Source: an uncultured Gammaproteobacteria bacterium | GTDB lineage: Bacteria > Pseudomonadota > Gammaproteobacteria > Magnimaribacterales > Magnimaribacteraceae | Length of the DNA: 64,000 bases | Assembly (NCBI GenBank): GCA_913042085.1 | Contig: CAJWKH010000001.1 | Location: 1,617 to 65,616 of the forward strand | Reading direction: 5' to 3' | Shown: positions 50,440-58,426 of the stretch, one piece after another | How positions within the stretch are numbered: the first letter of the stretch is position 1 | Layout of the letters: each line of letters starts with the position of its first letter | Notes under the pieces: model-generated | What the model was told of the DNA's origin: nothing | The model's database searches: none | What the model saw: only the letters and a program-made list of their open reading frames with translations | Position numbers and translations under genes: made by a program

Positions 50440-52179
50440 ATGAGTAAAAAACAGACATCAGGTGCAGATGCGTTAATACAATCGCTTCATAAAGAAGGGG
50501 TTGAGCTTGTATTTGGCTATCCTGGTGGTGCGGTACTACACATATATGATGCTCTGTTTAATCAATCTGAAGTTGAACATATTCTAGTTAGACACGAGCA
50601 AGGAGCTGTTCATGCTGCAGATGGATACGCTAGATCGACAGGAAGACCTGGCGTCGCCTTAGTTACTTCTGGTCCTGGAGCTACCAATGCCATTACTGGC
50701 CTGGCAACAGCCTATATGGATTCCACTCCCTTAGTGGTTATTTCGGGACAGGTAAAGTCTGAATTGATAGGAACAGATTCTTTTCAAGAAACTGACATGA
50801 TTGGTGTTTCAAGACCTATCGTCAAACATAGTTTTTTGGTTCAAAAAGCTGAAGATATACCTGAAATAGTAAAAAAAGCATTCCATATAGCTACAACTGG
50901 ACGACCTGGACCGGTGGTAATAGACATCCCAAAAGATCTTACTGACTCTAATCATACTTTTGAATTTAATTACCCTAATGAAATTAATATGAGGTCTTAT
51001 AAGCCTGCTAAAACAGGAGATCCTAAACAAATTGAGCAAGCGATTGATTTAATATTAGAAGCAAAGAAACCTGTTATTTATTCTGGAGGAGGGGTTATTC
51101 AAGACAATGCTTCAGCTGAATTAACGGAGCTAGCTAAATTACTGAAATTTCCTATAACCAATACATTGATGGGTCTCGGAGCCTTTCCAGGCTCAGATCC
51201 TCAATTCTTGGGCATGCTTGGAATGCATGGAACCTACGAAGCCAATATGGTCATGCATAATGCAGATTTAATTATTGCTGTTGGTGCAAGGTTTGATGAT
51301 CGAATTACAAATGATCCAAAGCAATTTGCTTTGAAAGCTAAGAAAATTCATATTGATGTAGACCCAGCTTCTTTATCTAAAATTATTAACGTAGATGTTC
51401 CTGTTGTTGGCTCAGCTAAAGAATGCCTGTCAGCGTTGATTACTGAACTCAATAAACAAAAAATCGATACGAACAAGGTTGAACCTTGGCTTAAACAAAT
51501 AAGCGAATGGCGGAATGAGCACGGATTAAACCACTCGATGTTAGACATAGTTCCAGATAACGGAAAAATCCTTCCTCAACAAGTTATTCAATCCCTGTAT
51601 AAGGAAACTGAAGGAAAAGCTTTTATTACATCTGACGTAGGCCAACATCAGATGTTTGCTGCCCAATATTACTTTTTTGATAAACCTAGGCAATGGATTA
51701 ATTCAGGAGGTTTAGGGACGATGGGATTTGGTTTGCCTTCCGCGATGGGAGTGCAATTTGCTTTTCCTGAAGATACAGTTGCATGTGTTACAGGAGAAGG
51801 AAGTATTCAAATGTGCATCCAAGAATTATCTACGTGCTTTCAATATGGGTTGCCCATAAAAATAATAAATTTAAACAATGCAGCTTTGGGAATGGTTAAA
51901 CAATGGCAAGATATGCAATACGGAGGAAGACACTCTGCAAGTACTTATGAAAATTCATTGCCTAACTTTTGTGCTTTATCAGAGTCTTATGGTCATGTTG
52001 GTATAAAAGTAACCAAATTAGATGAATTAGAGTCTGCCATGAAAGAATGCATTTCCTTGAAAGATAAATTAGTTTTCCTAGATGTGGATGTAGATCCTGA
52101 CGAGCACGTATACCCAATGCTAGAAGCAGGTAATGCAATGGATTTCATGCACTTGAGCAAAGATAAAAAGACTTGGTAA
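50440..52179 (+). CDS. ilvI: acetolactate synthase large subunit
   Basis: 579 aa ThDP enzyme with the GGLGTMGFGLPSAMG ThDP-binding motif. Followed by the small regulatory subunit. Confidence 0.95.
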   Translation: MSKKQTSGADALIQSLHKEGVELVFGYPGGAVLHIYDALFNQSEVEHILVRHEQGAVHAADGYARSTGRPGVALVTSGPGATNAITGLATAYMDSTPLVVISGQVKSELIGTDSFQETDMIGVSRPIVKHSFLVQKAEDIPEIVKKAFHIATTGRPGPVVIDIPKDLTDSNHTFEFNYPNEINMRSYKPAKTGDPKQIEQAIDLILEAKKPVIYSGGGVIQDNASAELTELAKLLKFPITNTLMGLGAFPGSDPQFLGMLGMHGTYEANMVMHNADLIIAVGARFDDRITNDPKQFALKAKKIHIDVDPASLSKIINVDVPVVGSAKECLSALITELNKQKIDTNKVEPWLKQISEWRNEHGLNHSMLDIVPDNGKILPQQVIQSLYKETEGKAFITSDVGQHQMFAAQYYFFDKPRQWINSGGLGTMGFGLPSAMGVQFAFPEDTVACVTGEGSIQMCIQELSTCFQYGLPIKIINLNNAALGMVKQWQDMQYGGRHSASTYENSLPNFCALSESYGHVGIKVTKLDELESAMKECISLKDKLVFLDVDVDPDEHVYPMLEAGNAMDFMHLSKDKKTW

Positions 52180-52658
52180 TGAAAAGAGTTATAGCATTAT
52201 TGATGGAAAACCAACCTGGAGCCCTTTCAAGGGTAGTGGGCTTGTTTTCTCAACGTGGATATAACATTGAGACTCTGATAGTGGCACCAACAAGTGACCC
52301 CACTCTATCCAGACTAACCATGACTACCAATGGAGATGAGAAGGTTGTGCAACAAATAACTAAACAATTAGATAAATTGATAGATGTTGTAACTGTTTCT
52401 GACCTCGGTGAATCAGATTTTGTTGAAAGAGAGTTAATGCTAGTTAAGTTCAACAAAAATTCTATAGCCAGTGATGAAATAGAAAAATTTGAGGGCAAAG
52501 TTGTGTTTGAAGATAACGAAATCATTAACTTACAATTTGTAGGAGAGCCTGATAAGTTAGATAAGCTAGTGGAAACTTTAAATACAAAAGAACCTCTAGA
52601 AATAGTAAGAAGTGGATCTTCAGGGATATCCTCAAATTCGAAGACATTGACTATATAA
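52179..52658 (+). CDS. ilvH: acetolactate synthase small (regulatory) subunit
   Basis: ACT-domain N-terminus MKRVIALLMENQPGALSRVVGLFSQRGYNIE. ATG 52179 overlaps the ilvI stop (TAATG); the ORF-track start 52173 is an upstream TTG. Confidence 0.93.
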   Translation: MKRVIALLMENQPGALSRVVGLFSQRGYNIETLIVAPTSDPTLSRLTMTTNGDEKVVQQITKQLDKLIDVVTVSDLGESDFVERELMLVKFNKNSIASDEIEKFEGKVVFEDNEIINLQFVGEPDKLDKLVETLNTKEPLEIVRSGSSGISSNSKTLTI

Positions 52659-52662
52659 ATAA

Positions 52663-53706
<1,044 letters not shown>

Positions 53707-53708
53707 AA

Positions 53709-54494
53709 ATGTCTAACGATCCTCGAGAAAGTTTAGATCTCTTCGATGAGCACGAAGAGATAGTTTCTGAGGATGGAAAGGAAGTAAAAAGAAAAGGCAT
53801 TTATCTTTTACCAAATCTTTTAACCACAGCTGCTCTTTTTTCAGGTTTCTTTTCTATCGTTTCAGCTATAAACGATAATTTTGTATACGCTGGTATGGCT
53901 ATATTTGCCGCACAGATGTTAGATGGATTAGATGGAAGAGTGGCAAGACTAACAAATTCCCAAAGCCTCTTTGGGGCTCAGTACGACAGTTTAAGTGATG
54001 TTATCTCCTTTGGTTTAGCGCCAGCTTTAATAGTATTTCTTTGGGGTCTTAATTCCGTTGGTCAGGCGGGATGGATAATATCTTTCTTTTACGTAGCAGC
54101 AGCTGCTTTACGATTAGCTAGATTTAATACTTATATAGGTTCGGAGGATTCCTTTTTTAAAGGACTTCCTAGTCCAATAGCAGGGGCAATGGTTGTTTAT
54201 TTTGTTTGGGCAATGAGCTCTTATGGTATTCAAGGTGAGGAAGTAGGTAAGACCTTGGCTGTTTCCACAGCGCTTTTAACGGCAACTGTCTCCTTGTTGA
54301 TGGTAGTTAATATTCCTTATTACAGTTTTAAAGAGATAGATATGAAGAAAAGAGTTCCATTTTTCAGTATGCTCTTCGTCATCTTTATATTTGCTTTAAT
54401 TGCAATTGACCCGCCAATAGTTTTAGCCTCTTGCGCTTTTGCCTATATTTTATCGGGGCCTTTAATCACGATTGCAAAGGCCATAAGAAAGTAG
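53709..54494 (+). CDS. pssA: CDP-diacylglycerol--serine O-phosphatidyltransferase (CDP-alcohol type)
   Basis: 261 aa, multi-TM, with the CDP-alcohol phosphatidyltransferase motif DGLDGRVAR…G…D…SD. Confidence 0.88.
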   Translation: MSNDPRESLDLFDEHEEIVSEDGKEVKRKGIYLLPNLLTTAALFSGFFSIVSAINDNFVYAGMAIFAAQMLDGLDGRVARLTNSQSLFGAQYDSLSDVISFGLAPALIVFLWGLNSVGQAGWIISFFYVAAAALRLARFNTYIGSEDSFFKGLPSPIAGAMVVYFVWAMSSYGIQGEEVGKTLAVSTALLTATVSLLMVVNIPYYSFKEIDMKKRVPFFSMLFVIFIFALIAIDPPIVLASCAFAYILSGPLITIAKAIRK

Positions 54495-54504
54495 CTTATT
54501 TATT

Positions 54505-54534
54505 TTTACGAGATTCTTTAAATTGTTGTAAGAT
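54505..54534 (+). promoter_or_regulatory. candidate stable-RNA promoter for tRNA-Ile
   Basis: TTTACG (54505-54510), an 18-bp spacer, then TAAGAT (54529-54534). A locally GC-rich discriminator GCTCGCTCC follows, about 17 bp before the mature 5' end. Such discriminators are typical of stringently controlled tRNA/rRNA promoters. Confidence 0.4.
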
Positions 54535-54551
54535 GCTCGCTCCACGCAAGT

Positions 54552-54629
<78 letters not shown>

Positions 54630-54646
54630 GTTTTCAATATAAGTTC

Positions 54647-54668
54647 TTGGTTTATTAACCAATATCAA
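54647..54668. promoter_or_regulatory. perfect palindrome overlapping a weak FNR-like site upstream of usp
   Basis: TTGGTT-TATT-AACCAA (54647-54662) is a perfect 6-4-6 inverted repeat. Overlapping TTAAC-CAAT-ATCAA (54655-54668) matches TTGAT-N4-ATCAA at 8/10. AATAAT at 54693-54698 is a possible -10 element. Confidence 0.3.
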
Positions 54669-54723
54669 TTCCTTTTAATTTCTTAAGTTTAAAATAATTT
54701 TTTTAACCTTTGGGGATTTAGTA

Positions 54724-55161
54724 ATGGCATACAAGAGTATTTTGGTAGCTATAGACTTAAGTAAAGAATCACAACAAATTATCTCTAAAGCTAAAGAGAC
54801 AGCTGATACTTACGGAGCTAAGCTATATTTAATTTCAGCAATTGAACCTCTTCTTCAAGTTCATGGAGATGTTTTATCAACTCATGGAGCTTATGGGGCC
54901 ATAGACAATGACGCTAAGGAAGAGGCGGAAAAAAGATTAATGACTATATGTAAAGATATAGGCATCTCAAGCAAGAATTGTTTTGTAACAATAGGCAATC
55001 CAGCCAACGAGATTAAACAAAGAGCATTTGAGTTAAAGTCTGATTTGATAGTAATAGGGACACACGGAAGAAAAGGAATCAAAAAACTGTTGCTTGGCTC
55101 TACCGCTAATAGTGTATTGAACGGAACGAAGACTGACGTTCAGGTAATAAAGATAAATTAG
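54724..55161 (+). CDS. universal stress protein (UspA family)
   Basis: 145 aa. ILVAIDLS N-terminus and ATP-binding motif GTHGRKGIKKLLLGST. Confidence 0.85.
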   Translation: MAYKSILVAIDLSKESQQIISKAKETADTYGAKLYLISAIEPLLQVHGDVLSTHGAYGAIDNDAKEEAEKRLMTICKDIGISSKNCFVTIGNPANEIKQRAFELKSDLIVIGTHGRKGIKKLLLGSTANSVLNGTKTDVQVIKIN

Positions 55162-55197
55162 CTTCCAGCTTAAAAAACCCCCTTAAATTCTCTTTTG

Positions 55198-55211
55198 TTG
55201 AGATAAATCAA
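55198..55211. promoter_or_regulatory. candidate FNR/Anr/Dnr-type (CRP-FNR family) binding site upstream of the NOR operon
   Basis: TTGAG-ATAA-ATCAA matches the TTGAT-N4-ATCAA consensus at 9/10. CATGAT (55233-55238, 4/6 to TATAAT) lies about 31 bp from the site centre, as in class II FNR promoters. AAGGAG RBS at 55252-55257. Confidence 0.45.
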
Positions 55212-55261
55212 TTCTCATTTAACAAAATTATTCATGATAGCTCTCTAAGTTAAGGAGTCTT

Positions 55262-55561
55262 ATGTCAGAGATAGAATTGCTAGCCTCTTCAGTATCAGGA
55301 GCCTTGATAGTGCTAAGTGGAGCAGGATACGCACTTCTTTTTGCTTCCTCAAAGGTTTTTAATAAGAGATCTTTCCTAAATCTTGCATACTGTTGTTACT
55401 TTATCTTACTGATATCAGCTTATATTCTAGTTTTATCTCTTGATCTCACTGGATTATGGAGTTTCTTAATATTCATCATGCTTATAGGTTATTGGTATGG
55501 GCCAAAATTTATTTGGAACTTAACAGTAAGAACTCATCTTCAAGAGGCTAATCATGAATAA
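55262..55561 (+). CDS. small integral membrane protein (3 predicted TM), first gene of the NOR operon
   Basis: 99 aa with strong RBS. Its stop overlaps the norC start by 8 bp. No family recognised. Confidence 0.55.
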   Translation: MSEIELLASSVSGALIVLSGAGYALLFASSKVFNKRSFLNLAYCCYFILLISAYILVLSLDLTGLWSFLIFIMLIGYWYGPKFIWNLTVRTHLQEANHE

Positions 55562-56159
55562 AGAAGTGAAATGGATGTCTGAATCCTTATGGAAGAAGAT
55601 TGCTATATGGGTAACTTCATTGATGTTATTGATATTGGTAGCTCTAACTTTCGATACTGTTTCTCAGATCACAGAAGGAACATCAAGAGTGCCTGACTAT
55701 TCAGTGATAAATAATAAGATATTTTATGAATATGATAAGAAGAGAGACATCCTAGCACCTGTAATTGGAGAATTATCACCTCTATTTGGGAAAGAATTAG
55801 ATAAATCTGAAGCAAAAGAGTTAGTAAATCTTGGCAAACTCACAATTCAGGCAAAGAACTGTATGAATTGCCACACAATTTTGGGAAATGGAGCCTACTA
55901 TGCGCCTGACTTAACCAAAGCTTGGTTGGACAAAGGTTGGGGTTCTGAATCAGTTAGAGAAACATTAATGTTATCTTTTTTGCTTGATCCTGAAACAAAC
56001 GCAAGATCTTTTGGAACAAATAGAAAAATGCCTAATCTTGGAATGTCTGAAGAAGAGGCGAGAGGCGTAATAGCTTATCTTAAATGGATGTCATCAATTG
56101 ACACAAATGGTTTCCCTGCCCATTTCGAATCAATTGAACAAGACAAGGAAAGCAAATGA
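55554..56159 (+). CDS. norC: nitric oxide reductase cytochrome c subunit (NorC-like)
   Basis: 201 aa. N-terminal TM anchor and heme-c site NCMNCHTILGNGAYYAPDL, plus NRKMPNL (Met ligand context) and YLKWMSSIDTNGFP. These parallel Pseudomonas NorC segments NCVGCHTLLGEGAYFAPEL, RRAMPQF and FLKWSSKIDTNQWP (from memory). Confidence 0.85.
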   Translation: MNKEVKWMSESLWKKIAIWVTSLMLLILVALTFDTVSQITEGTSRVPDYSVINNKIFYEYDKKRDILAPVIGELSPLFGKELDKSEAKELVNLGKLTIQAKNCMNCHTILGNGAYYAPDLTKAWLDKGWGSESVRETLMLSFLLDPETNARSFGTNRKMPNLGMSEEEARGVIAYLKWMSSIDTNGFPAHFESIEQDKESK

Positions 56160-57583
56160 AGACTCCTTCGGTTATTAAAGGTTTAAGGCTTGGTCAACAG
56201 ATAGCAATTAAATATTTCTTTGCTGCAATGATTCTATTTTGTGCTCAAATGATTTTTGGACTAATAGCTGGCTTACAATTTATTTTACCTGAATTTCTTT
56301 ATCAAATTTTAGACTTTAATGTGACCAGGATGGTCCATATAAACGCCATGATTATTTGGCTCTTGTTCGGATTCATGGGCTCCGTTTACTGGTTAGTTGA
56401 AGATGAAGCTGGCTCAGATTTAGTTGGTTATAAGTTAGGAAACATAGGTTTCTGGGTCTTGTTAATAGCAGTAATTGTTGTTGTTCTTGTTTATTTAATT
56501 GTCCAAGTAGGTCCAGGCACAGAATCAAGTCTTTGGTTCATAAATGAAGGAAGAGAATATATAGAGGCACCGAGATGGGCAGATATAGGGATAGTAGCGG
56601 TAATGCTAATTTTCTTTTACAACATTGCAGCAACTTTTTCAAAAGGGAAGTGGAGCGGTATTTCTGGAGTTTTAGTTTTAGATCTTCTGGCTTTAGCAGG
56701 AGTATATCTAGCAGGAATGTTTTACTCAACCAACATCTCAATAGACCAGTTTTGGTGGTGGTGGGTCGTGCATTTATGGGTAGAAGCGACTTGGGAGGTA
56801 CTCGTTGCTTGTATTATGGCTTGGGGGCTCATTCAAACTATTGGAGCTAGCAGAAAGATAGTTACCACTTGGCTGTATGTAGAAGTTGCATTGATGTTTG
56901 GGTCAGGAATATTAGGTTTGGGGCACCATTACTTTTGGATTGGAACCCCAGAATATTGGTTAACAGTAGGTGGATTCTTTTCTGCTTTAGAGCCTATTCC
57001 ACTTGTAGCTATGTTAGTTCATGCTGTGTACGATGCAGGAACAAAAAATCTAAAAGTTTCTAATCATCCTGCATTCGCTTGGTTTATAGCCCATGTATTT
57101 GGAAATTTCTTAGGAGCAGGTGTTTGGGGTTTCTTTCAAACACTACCTCAAATAAATCTTTATACGCACGGCACACAATGGTCAGCTTCTCATGGTCATC
57201 TGGCCTTCTTCGGAGCATACGTTACCATCAATGTAGCTATGTTTTATATGGCAGTTCAGAAGCTAAGAGGAAATATAGCTATGGGGTCCGGTTTACTTAA
57301 TAAATATAGATGGAAAACTTCTTTAATATTGTTAAACGTGGGAGCTCTAGGTATGACAGTGGCACTTTTAATAGCAGGTTACGAACAGGCTTTCATTGAA
57401 AGAGCAGTTGGAGGGTCTACTTGGAGTGGATATTTTTCTGCGCAAAGAGATTCTACTTTTATAGCTTCAATGCATTGGAGAATGTTATTTGGTATTTTAA
57501 TGACAGTAGGAACTTTTTTCTTGGCATGGGATTTATTGACTATAGGAAAAAAGAACAAAAACCCAGTTTTTGAAACGACTTAA
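56156..57583 (+). CDS. norB: nitric oxide reductase catalytic subunit (cNOR NorB, heme-copper oxidase superfamily)
   Basis: 475 aa, 12 TM. All cNOR signature blocks are present: FNVTRMVHIN (heme b His), GREYIEAP (conserved Glu pair), WWWVVHLWVEATWE (FeB His + Glu), GLGHHYFWIG (FeB His-His), FSALEP, THGTQWSASHGHLAFFGAY (heme b3/b His). Confidence 0.9.
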   Translation: MKTPSVIKGLRLGQQIAIKYFFAAMILFCAQMIFGLIAGLQFILPEFLYQILDFNVTRMVHINAMIIWLLFGFMGSVYWLVEDEAGSDLVGYKLGNIGFWVLLIAVIVVVLVYLIVQVGPGTESSLWFINEGREYIEAPRWADIGIVAVMLIFFYNIAATFSKGKWSGISGVLVLDLLALAGVYLAGMFYSTNISIDQFWWWWVVHLWVEATWEVLVACIMAWGLIQTIGASRKIVTTWLYVEVALMFGSGILGLGHHYFWIGTPEYWLTVGGFFSALEPIPLVAMLVHAVYDAGTKNLKVSNHPAFAWFIAHVFGNFLGAGVWGFFQTLPQINLYTHGTQWSASHGHLAFFGAYVTINVAMFYMAVQKLRGNIAMGSGLLNKYRWKTSLILLNVGALGMTVALLIAGYEQAFIERAVGGSTWSGYFSAQRDSTFIASMHWRMLFGILMTVGTFFLAWDLLTIGKKNKNPVFETT

Positions 57584-57589
57584 AGAATT

Positions 57590-57877
57590 ATGAAAAGAAT
57601 TACATCCATTTTGTTTTCATTTTTAATTTTTTCTTCTTATTTACATACCGAAATTCCAGATCAATGGGTTTTGTGTTCCTCATGCCATGGATCTTCGGGA
57701 GAAGGAGGCTCCGGACCTAAGTTACAGGGTAAAAGTTTTAACGAAATTAAGTCTGATCTTGAGGGTTATAGGAGTGGAAAAATAAAAGGCCCTCAAAGCT
57801 TTTTAATGTTTGCCATGGTTGGCAATCTAGATGAACAAGATATTGAGGCTTTAGCTAAATACGTAGAAACTTTGTAA
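57590..57877 (+). CDS. mono-heme class I cytochrome c (periplasmic)
   Basis: 95 aa with a signal peptide, a single CSSCH heme-binding motif and a downstream Met (FLMFAM). Confidence 0.8.
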   Translation: MKRITSILFSFLIFSSYLHTEIPDQWVLCSSCHGSSGEGGSGPKLQGKSFNEIKSDLEGYRSGKIKGPQSFLMFAMVGNLDEQDIEALAKYVETL

Positions 57878-57933
57878 TCCCTTAAAACACGAGAATTCAC
57901 ACTCCACTGCTGTAAAATTATTTTATTTCTTAC

Positions 57934-57954
57934 GAAAGGAGCATTGCTCCTTTC
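57934..57954 (+). terminator. perfect hairpin downstream of the cytochrome c gene
   Basis: GAAAGGAGC-ATT-GCTCCTTTC forms a 9-bp perfect stem with a 3-nt loop, 57 nt after the stop codon. There is no clean U-tract after the stem, so terminator function is uncertain. Confidence 0.3.
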
Positions 57955-57964
57955 TGGCGATGAT

Positions 57965-57998
57965 GAGGCAGGAAGTTCAAGTCTTCCCAGATCCACCA
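57965..57998 (+). repeat. degenerate direct copy of the tRNA-Ile 3' end (att-like remnant 1)
   Basis: GAGGCAGGAAGTTCAAGTCTTCCCAGATCCACCA versus tRNA GAGGTCGGAAGTTCAAGTCTTCCCAGACCCACCA: 31/34 identical, same orientation. No matching 5' acceptor strand lies upstream, so it is not a functional tRNA. Confidence 0.75.
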
Positions 57999-58055
57999 TC
58001 TTTATAGCTGGACTTCCATTGATTTAAAGGCTTTTCAGCCAAATCCCGTTTCAGC

Positions 58056-58082
58056 GATTAAGAAGGTTTAAGCAGATTAAGA
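58056..58082 (+). repeat. short direct repeat GATTAAGA x2 (19-bp period) in the non-coding spacer between the att-like remnants
   Basis: AGCGATTAAGA at 58053-58063 and AGCAGATTAAGA at 58071-58082. A second pair, CGGGGAA, lies at 58140-58146 and 58151-58157. Confidence 0.3.
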
Positions 58083-58218
58083 CCGTTTTGTGGTGCACAA
58101 AGGGGTGGGCTCTTGTAAAGTTTAAGCTTTAATAAGAAGCGGGGAATAGTCGGGGAAGGATATTCCATTCTCTAGAAAAGGGCATTACTATAGACCTTGT
58201 AAGGCATAGCACTCCTCT

Positions 58219-58263
58219 CTGATAAGGGTGAGGTCGGTAGTTCAAGTCTTCCCGGACCCACCA
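58219..58263 (+). repeat. degenerate direct copy of the tRNA-Ile 3' half (att-like remnant 2)
   Basis: CTGATAAGGGTGAGGTCGGTAGTTCAAGTCTTCCCGGACCCACCA versus tRNA positions 54585-54629: 43/45 identical, spanning anticodon loop to CCA. It lacks the 5' half of the tRNA. Confidence 0.85.
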
Positions 58264-58287
58264 TCTAATATATACTCCTGTTTGCTT

Positions 58288-58425
58288 ATGAAAGATAAAG
58301 AGTATTTTTTAAAAGAATTACGCAGCAGAGGCTATGATAATCCTAAATTATCTGATTTAAGCGAGATAACTCTTAAGGAAATTCTTAAGAATGAAGAATC
58401 TTTTTATATCAGGAATTCAGGCTAG
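58288..58425 (+). CDS. possible small ORF (45 aa), function unknown
   Basis: ATG 58288 within ORF 58228-58425; the upstream part of that ORF is the tRNA remnant. It ends 1 nt before the 5'-nucleotidase ATG. No motif recognised, so it may be non-coding. Confidence 0.3.
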   Translation: MKDKEYFLKELRSRGYDNPKLSDLSEITLKEILKNEESFYIRNSG

Positions 58426-58426
58426 C

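Larger units (their letters stand above)
54630..58263 (+). mobile_element. decayed tRNA-Ile-associated genomic islet(s), integrase-less
   Basis: Bounded by the intact tRNA-Ile 3' end and two direct degenerate copies of that 3' end (57965-57998 and 58219-58263). Cargo is usp, a membrane protein, norCB and cytochrome c. No integrase, excisionase or transposase ORF is present. Confidence 0.55.

Noticed and set aside
56538-57300. Cluster of alternative-frame ORFs inside norB (56538-56741 minus; 56575-56850, 56869-57063 and 57079-57300 plus)
   Set aside because: All lie inside the strongly conserved NorB reading frame and encode low-complexity Arg/Ser/Cys-rich peptides. They reflect locally lower stop-codon density, not genes. 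I considered this as evidence for foreign, higher-GC composition but cannot quantify it by eye, so I make no claim from it.
57793-57999. 68-aa minus-strand ORF (MVDLGRLELPASSS…)
   Set aside because: Its N-terminus is the reverse translation of the tRNA-Ile 3' remnant, and the rest is antisense to the cytochrome c gene. It is an artefact of the att-like repeat.
57965-58263. Possibility that the two T-arm/acceptor-like segments belong to a tmRNA (ssrA) or to additional functional tRNA genes
   Set aside because: No complementary 5' acceptor strand (GGATCTG or GGGTCCG) exists upstream of either segment. There is no tag-peptide reading frame or pseudoknot-like organisation between them, and the spacing does not fit a roughly 360-nt tmRNA. 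Both segments are simply copies of the neighbouring tRNA-Ile 3' end.
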